From assembly GCF_018350175.1 (NCBI RefSeq), contig NC_058369.1:8494001-8558000 (forward strand): a DNA stretch of 64,000 nucleotides. The letters run 5' to 3'. The DNA comes from Felis catus (lineage: Eukaryota). Both the position numbers and the translations under genes were made by a program. This document shows, in pieces, positions 59,801-64,000 of this stretch (the first letter of the stretch is position 1; the number at the start of each line of letters is the position of its first letter). Under the pieces are notes generated by a model that did not search any database, was not told where the DNA came from, and saw nothing but the letters and a program-made list of their open reading frames with translations.

Positions 59801-62800
59801 TTGCCCCTGACCTTGTCCCGCACGCCTGCCTCTCTACCTCCGCCTCCACAGACCCTGGCTCTTTACTCTGCCCCTGCCCCTCGCTCTCCCCTGAGTTTCT
59901 GCTGACCCCTGACCCCACCTTGCCCCCGCCCCCACCCCTCCTGGCCTCGGCTGACTCTTACCTCTGCTCATAGTGAAGTCCACCCTGATGATTCCTGACT
60001 CCCAGAAGCACCTGCGATGCGAGCTGGAGTCACTCAAGAGCCAGCTACAGGCCCAGACCAAGGTGTGAGCCACCTCTGCCCCGCCCTCAGCAACCCCTGG
60101 CCCTGTTCTCCCGCTCCCTGCCCCTGTCCCCAAGCCCGACCTCTTCCTCGCAGGCTTTCGAGTTCCTAAACCACTCCGTGACCATGTTGGAGAAGGAGAG
60201 CTGCCTGCAGCAAATCAAGATCCAACAGCTTGAAGGTGAGGACGGGCCAAGGGTCAAAGTCAGGCTGGGGGCTGGTCCTGTTGAGGTCAGCTGGGTTAGC
60301 CCAAGGTGAAAGAAGTTGGGCGAGTCTAGGGTCAGGGTCAGGGTCAGGGTCTGGCCAGGGATAGGGCCAGCTGGGTTCAAAGCCGGGCGCAGGCGTGGAG
60401 GGGGCTCAGTCAAGATCCCAGTCTCATCTGCAGAGGTGCTGAGCCCCGTGAGCCGCCAGGCAGAGAAGGAGCGACACAAGTGGGGCGTGGAGCAGGGACG
60501 GCAGGAGCTGTATGGGGCCCTGGCTCAAGGCCTGCAAGGGCTACAGAGGACCCTGCGTGACAGTGAGGAGGTACAGAGGGCCCGCACCACTCGCTGTCTG
60601 CAGCTGCTGGCCCAGGAGATCCGGGACAGGTGGGCATCGTCAGGAGGGCAGGTGGGAGATGGCTGCGGGGTGGGGGAGGCTCAGGGAGAAGGAACCGAAG
60701 GTGGGATGAGGCGGGTGGGAGAGGCCTGAGTAAGGGGGACTAGGGCTCTGGAAGGCTTGGGAGACAGACGAGGGGATGAGGAGGCAGTGAAGCAATGGTG
60801 GGGGGAGGGGTGTGTGGGAAGCTGGAGGCCAGAAGGCAGGGAAGACAGGAAGCTGGAGATGGGATGGGGAGAGAGAGCAGGGGATCAGGAGACTGGAGGT
60901 GACCTGGGAAACCGGAGGGAGGAGAGGCTGAGGGTATGGGAGTAGAGTATGGGAGGCCAGAGGGGCAGAAGGCGGGAGACGGAGGCCAGGCAGCAAGAGG
61001 CTGAGGCAACGGGCAGCCGGAGGTCAGGAGGCCAGGACGAGGGGGAAGGACTGGAGGTGGGGGCGTAGCCGTAGGAGGGGCAAAGTGGGCTGGCAGGTTG
61101 CGGGAAGGGGCAGACCCTGGGGGGGTGTGGGGGGGTGGTTGACCAGATGGGAACGTGGGAGCTGGAGGCTTGAGGAGTCAGGCTGGCAAACGGGAGAGCA
61201 GAAGGCCAGGAAATAGGAAGCCGAAGGCTGAGCAGGGACTGTGGGTCTAGGCTGCACTGTCCCCTCAGCAAGAAGTTCCTGTGGGAGGAGCTGGAACTGG
61301 TGCGGGAGGAGGTGACCTTCATCTATCAGAAGCTCCGTGAGTGCCCGGAGCCCACAGCCAGGAGGGGGGGTCCTTCTGCAGCTCTGGCCCCCCTGAGTCC
61401 CCTCCCCCCTACAGAGGCTCAGGAGGACGAGATCACGGAGAACCTGATGAACATCCAGAAGGTGCGGAAGACACAGGTGAAGTGCCGCAAGGTGAGCGGA
61501 GAGGACGGGACCCTGTGGGAGTTGGGGGCAGGGGGAATCTCTGTCGGCCTCCTCCGTAGGACTGGGGCTGGAAGGTCTGGGTTCAAATCTCAGCTCTGCC
61601 ACTTACCGCTATGTGACTGTGGTCAAACCACTTCATCTCTCTGGGCCTCAGTTTCCCCATCCATATAATGGGCATAACAGTCCATCCCTACCTGAAGGAG
61701 TAGCTGCATGAACCGAATGTTAAACGCTTTGAGGGCAGCCTGACGTGTAATACACAGTGAGCGTTTTTCACCATGGCCATTGTTAGTACTATTGTACTAA
61801 CGTCCCCCGCCCCCCACCCCCACCTCGGCCCCAGGTCCTGACCAAGATGAAGCAGCAGGGGCATGAGACCTCCCACTGGCCGGAGACTGAGGAGATGCCA
61901 CCAGGAGGCAGTGGCTCCTGGAGGGATGACCTCCAAAAGGAGCTGAGTGACATATGGTGACGCCCTGCTCCCACCTAACCTCTGACTCCTGACCCTCACC
62001 GCCCCCCCCTGCCCTCCCACCAGTCAGATCAAGCATCGACCACCAGAACCCGGAACCCACCTGAGTCCAGACGTCCCTCTCCTCCCAGGACTCACCTCTA
62101 CCCGTGTCCCCACCGTGGCCCTCCTGCCCCAGCCCTGAGCAGCCTGGACCCCGCCAGGGCCCCCACCTCCCCATCTCCCTGCAGGTCCGCCGTGCACTTG
62201 CTGGAGAACTCCTTTGATGGCTTCACCATGTCCGCAGGGGGCTGCCCCAGGGCCTGGAACCTCAGGGGTGAGGGGGATGAGATGCCCTCTGGGGAGGGGG
62301 GAGGTGTGGGGGGTTCCTTCTCCAGTTACACACATAGAGGTCACGTTCAGAGGCCGTGTTCAGGGGCCACTTCTGTTGGATCTTGTTCTAGGGTCGTATT
62401 AAGGATTTCCATCCACGGGTCACTCAGGGTCACTGGGATCTTTTTAAAAGATCAGTGGGGTAAAATTCAGGGGTCACTGAGGTCATACTTTTGTATCGTG
62501 TTGGGTCACATTCAAGTGGCATAATCAAGGGCCACTGGCCCCTGATCATGATGCCACTCAAGGGTCACATTCAGGGCTCGTGGGTAAAAGGCCAGAATTG
62601 CACCTGTCCCTCCTGCAGGCTACAAGGGGCACCGATGCCTGAGCCCTCTGTTCCCCTCCTGGGACTCGGACTCAGACTCAGACCAGAACCCTTCCCAGCC
62701 ACCGTTCAACAAGAGCCACTCCTTCCCACCTGGTGCGGATCCCCCCTTGCCTCACCCCACCCTTCCCCTCTTGGCCCGCCCTGGAACGGACCCTCCCAGC

Positions 62801-62890
62801 TCCCCACCGGGGCATCGGCTCCCTGACCTCCAGCCCTGGGGTCCTCTGGGCTAAGCCGGGCCCTGACCCTACTCTCTCTCCACAGCCTGA
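56723..62890 (+). CDS. CCDC159: Coiled-coil domain-containing 159 (start codon uncertain: 56723 or 59988)
   Basis: Exons ending 56809, 59650-59683, 59974-60062, 60154-60235, 60434-60629, 61269-61336, 61415-61491, 61835-61956, 62185-62267, 62619-62732 and 62886-62890 chain in phase (GEHEQV-KPLEASSPKVK-MIPDSQKHLRCELESLKSQLQAQTK...SFPPA*). Confidence 0.93.
58258..58680 (+). CDS. CCDC159: Candidate alternative CCDC159 cassette exons 58258-58345 and 58457-58680
   Basis: AG/GT-bounded, stop-free and phase-compatible with exons 1 and 2 (312 nt, 104 aa); donors weak; no expression evidence. Confidence 0.5.
59650..59683 (+). CDS. CCDC159: CCDC159 exon 2 (34 nt)
   Basis: cctag|KPLEASSPKVK G|gtgaga. 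Confidence 0.9.
59974..60062 (+). CDS. CCDC159: CCDC159 exon 3 (89 nt)
   Basis: catag|KSTLMIPDSQKHLRCELESLKSQLQAQTK|gtgtga. Confidence 0.93.
60154..60235 (+). CDS. CCDC159: CCDC159 exon 4 (82 nt)
   Basis: AFEFLNHSVTMLEKESCLQQIKIQQLE G|gtgagg. Confidence 0.94.
60434..60629 (+). CDS. CCDC159: CCDC159 exon 5 (196 nt)
   Basis: VLSPVSRQAEKERHKWGVEQGRQELYGALAQGLQG...LLAQEIRD|gtgggc. Confidence 0.94.
61269..61336 (+). CDS. CCDC159: CCDC159 exon 6 (68 nt)
   Basis: KKFLWEELELVREEVTFIYQKL|gtgagt. Confidence 0.94.
61415..61491 (+). CDS. CCDC159: CCDC159 exon 7 (77 nt)
   Basis: AQEDEITENLMNIQKVRKTQVKCRK|gtgagc. Confidence 0.94.
61835..61956 (+). CDS. CCDC159: CCDC159 exon 8 (122 nt)
   Basis: VLTKMKQQGHETSHWPETEEMPPGGSGSWRDDLQKELSDI|gtgacg. 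Confidence 0.93.
62185..62267 (+). CDS. CCDC159: CCDC159 exon 9 (83 nt)
   Basis: SAVHLLENSFDGFTMSAGGCPRAWNLR|gtgagg. Confidence 0.92.
62619..62732 (+). CDS. CCDC159: CCDC159 exon 10 (114 nt)
   Basis: YKGHRCLSPLFPSWDSDSDSDQNPSQPPFNKSHSFPP|gtgcgg. Confidence 0.92.
62886..62890 (+). CDS. CCDC159: CCDC159 exon 11 coding part (CC TGA)
   Basis: ctccacag|CC TGA completes the Ala codon and the stop. Confidence 0.85.
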
Positions 62891-62931
62891 GCAGCCGGGA
62901 CTGCTCTCCCTGAAGACCCCTCCAGAGAGAA

Positions 62932-62937
62932 AATAAA
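62932..62937 (+). terminator. CCDC159 poly(A) signal
   Basis: AATAAA 41 nt after the stop codon. Confidence 0.8.
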
Positions 62938-63419
62938 CTAGCCAAGACCCTCTTCCACCTGTGGACTTGCTCCTGCTGCTTCCTATGCCTGAGAATGATC
63001 CTCAACATCCCCCCGCCCCCCGCCGCTTCCCCACCCTAGTTTACTTCCCAGGGTTGGGGGCGGTGTGGAGACCCCAGAGGCTGTTCAGGATATGTAGGCT
63101 TAGGGTCAGGGGACAGAGTGAGGCCAGATTTAGTATATAACAAAGTCAGGGGTCAGTCTGTCCAGATAAGAGTGTCCAGACAGGCTCGTTATACTAGCCA
63201 CCAGAGTTCCTTTCGGGGGGGGGGGGGCCCAGGCCATCCAGCCTGCTGCCTGTACTGCCCCAAAGGGGAAACTGAGGCACCGGAAGAGGGTCGAGGCCCA
63301 GGGTCACCCTCTCACACCCTGCCCTCCTCTTCCCCTCAGCGCCCCCACCACCTAGTTCTCCCTCCACCTGCAGCCCTCATTCCCTCCCGAATTTGTTCTA
63401 ACGCTCTGGGGCCCCAAGA

Positions 63420-63666
63420 GCAACGGTGGCGGCCCCGCCCGACCATGCTGATAAGACGCCTCGAGTCCCCGCCTCACAGGGTTATGCAAATGAGGCGCCC
63501 GGAGGCCCCGCCCCTCGCCCCTTCGCTGAGTCTGCGCGGCTCGGCGGGGCCGACGGAGTCTCCCATCTCCGCGTCCGCCCGCCGGGCCTGCCGTCCGTCT
63601 GTTCGTCCTGCTGCCCGGGTGACTTCTAAGCGGAGCGGGGGCTCAGGCGGTGACAGCCTCGACCCG
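63420..63666 (+). promoter_or_regulatory. PLPPR2: Promoter and probable non-coding exon 1 of PLPPR2 (phospholipid phosphatase related 2)
   Basis: CpG island 500 nt after the CCDC159 poly(A) signal, GC boxes, octamer ATGCAAAT at 63484-63491 and donor cccg|gtgagg at 63667. Identity rests on synteny only; no coding sequence in the window. Confidence 0.6.
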
Positions 63667-64000
63667 GTGAGGGAGAGGGGCTTGGGGCGCCCCCTGCTCC
63701 CCCCCCCACCCCTCGCGGGCTTCCGATCCTCGGTCTGTCTGTCTGGCCAAGGTTCAGTTTCTGCGGGTCGGGTCCCCTGTGGGTCCAGCCCAGGGAGGGG
63801 GAGGGGAGGCAGTGAGCTGGGGCTCGCGGACCGGGTTCGGGGAGGGGAGCGTGGAGAGGGGACCCCGGACCCGAGAAGCCAAGCGGCGGTGGTGAGGGTG
63901 ACTGTGATTGTGTGGTTGTCATTATGTATCAGTGTGTGGTTGTGTAACTGCAATTGTGTGGCTTTGGCGATGCCTGTGTGGCGCGCGTGTGACTGTCTCT

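Overview
Felid (cat-family) genomic DNA, identified by dense Felidae-type Can-SINEs (about 45-50 copies, including three young SINEC_Fc3-like copies with TSDs) and syntenic with human 19p13.2. Gene order: DOCK6 (minus; coding exons 1-7 and most of exon 8), TSPAN16 (plus), RAB3D (minus; complete 219-aa CDS), TMEM205 (minus; complete 189-aa CDS), CCDC159 (plus; all 11 reference-type exons) and the probable first non-coding exon and promoter of PLPPR2. Gene identities come from recognising the translated exons; comparisons with human proteins are from memory, not database searches. The main discovery is that TSPAN16 looks like a unitary pseudogene: ATG>ACG start loss, AG>AA acceptor loss at exon 3, a frameshift with immediate stop in exon 4, a roughly 35-nt frameshifting deletion in exon 5, no recognisable exon 6, and Pro/Arg/Asp substitutions in transmembrane helices. 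Other leads: a changed CCDC159 start codon; two frame-compatible cassette exons hidden in CCDC159 intron 1; an in-frame TMEM205-RAB3D read-through possibility; an orphan CpG island with a perfect CTCF core within an oriented CTCF cluster; a repeat-built NF-Y/YY1 module beyond the RAB3D 3' end; an RE1-like site and perfect DR3/DR4 elements upstream of PLPPR2; and an old minisatellite resembling LINE2 tails in DOCK6 intron 6. Two assembly gaps: 12611-12750 and 38189-38318. No CRISPR arrays, rRNA or true tRNA genes.
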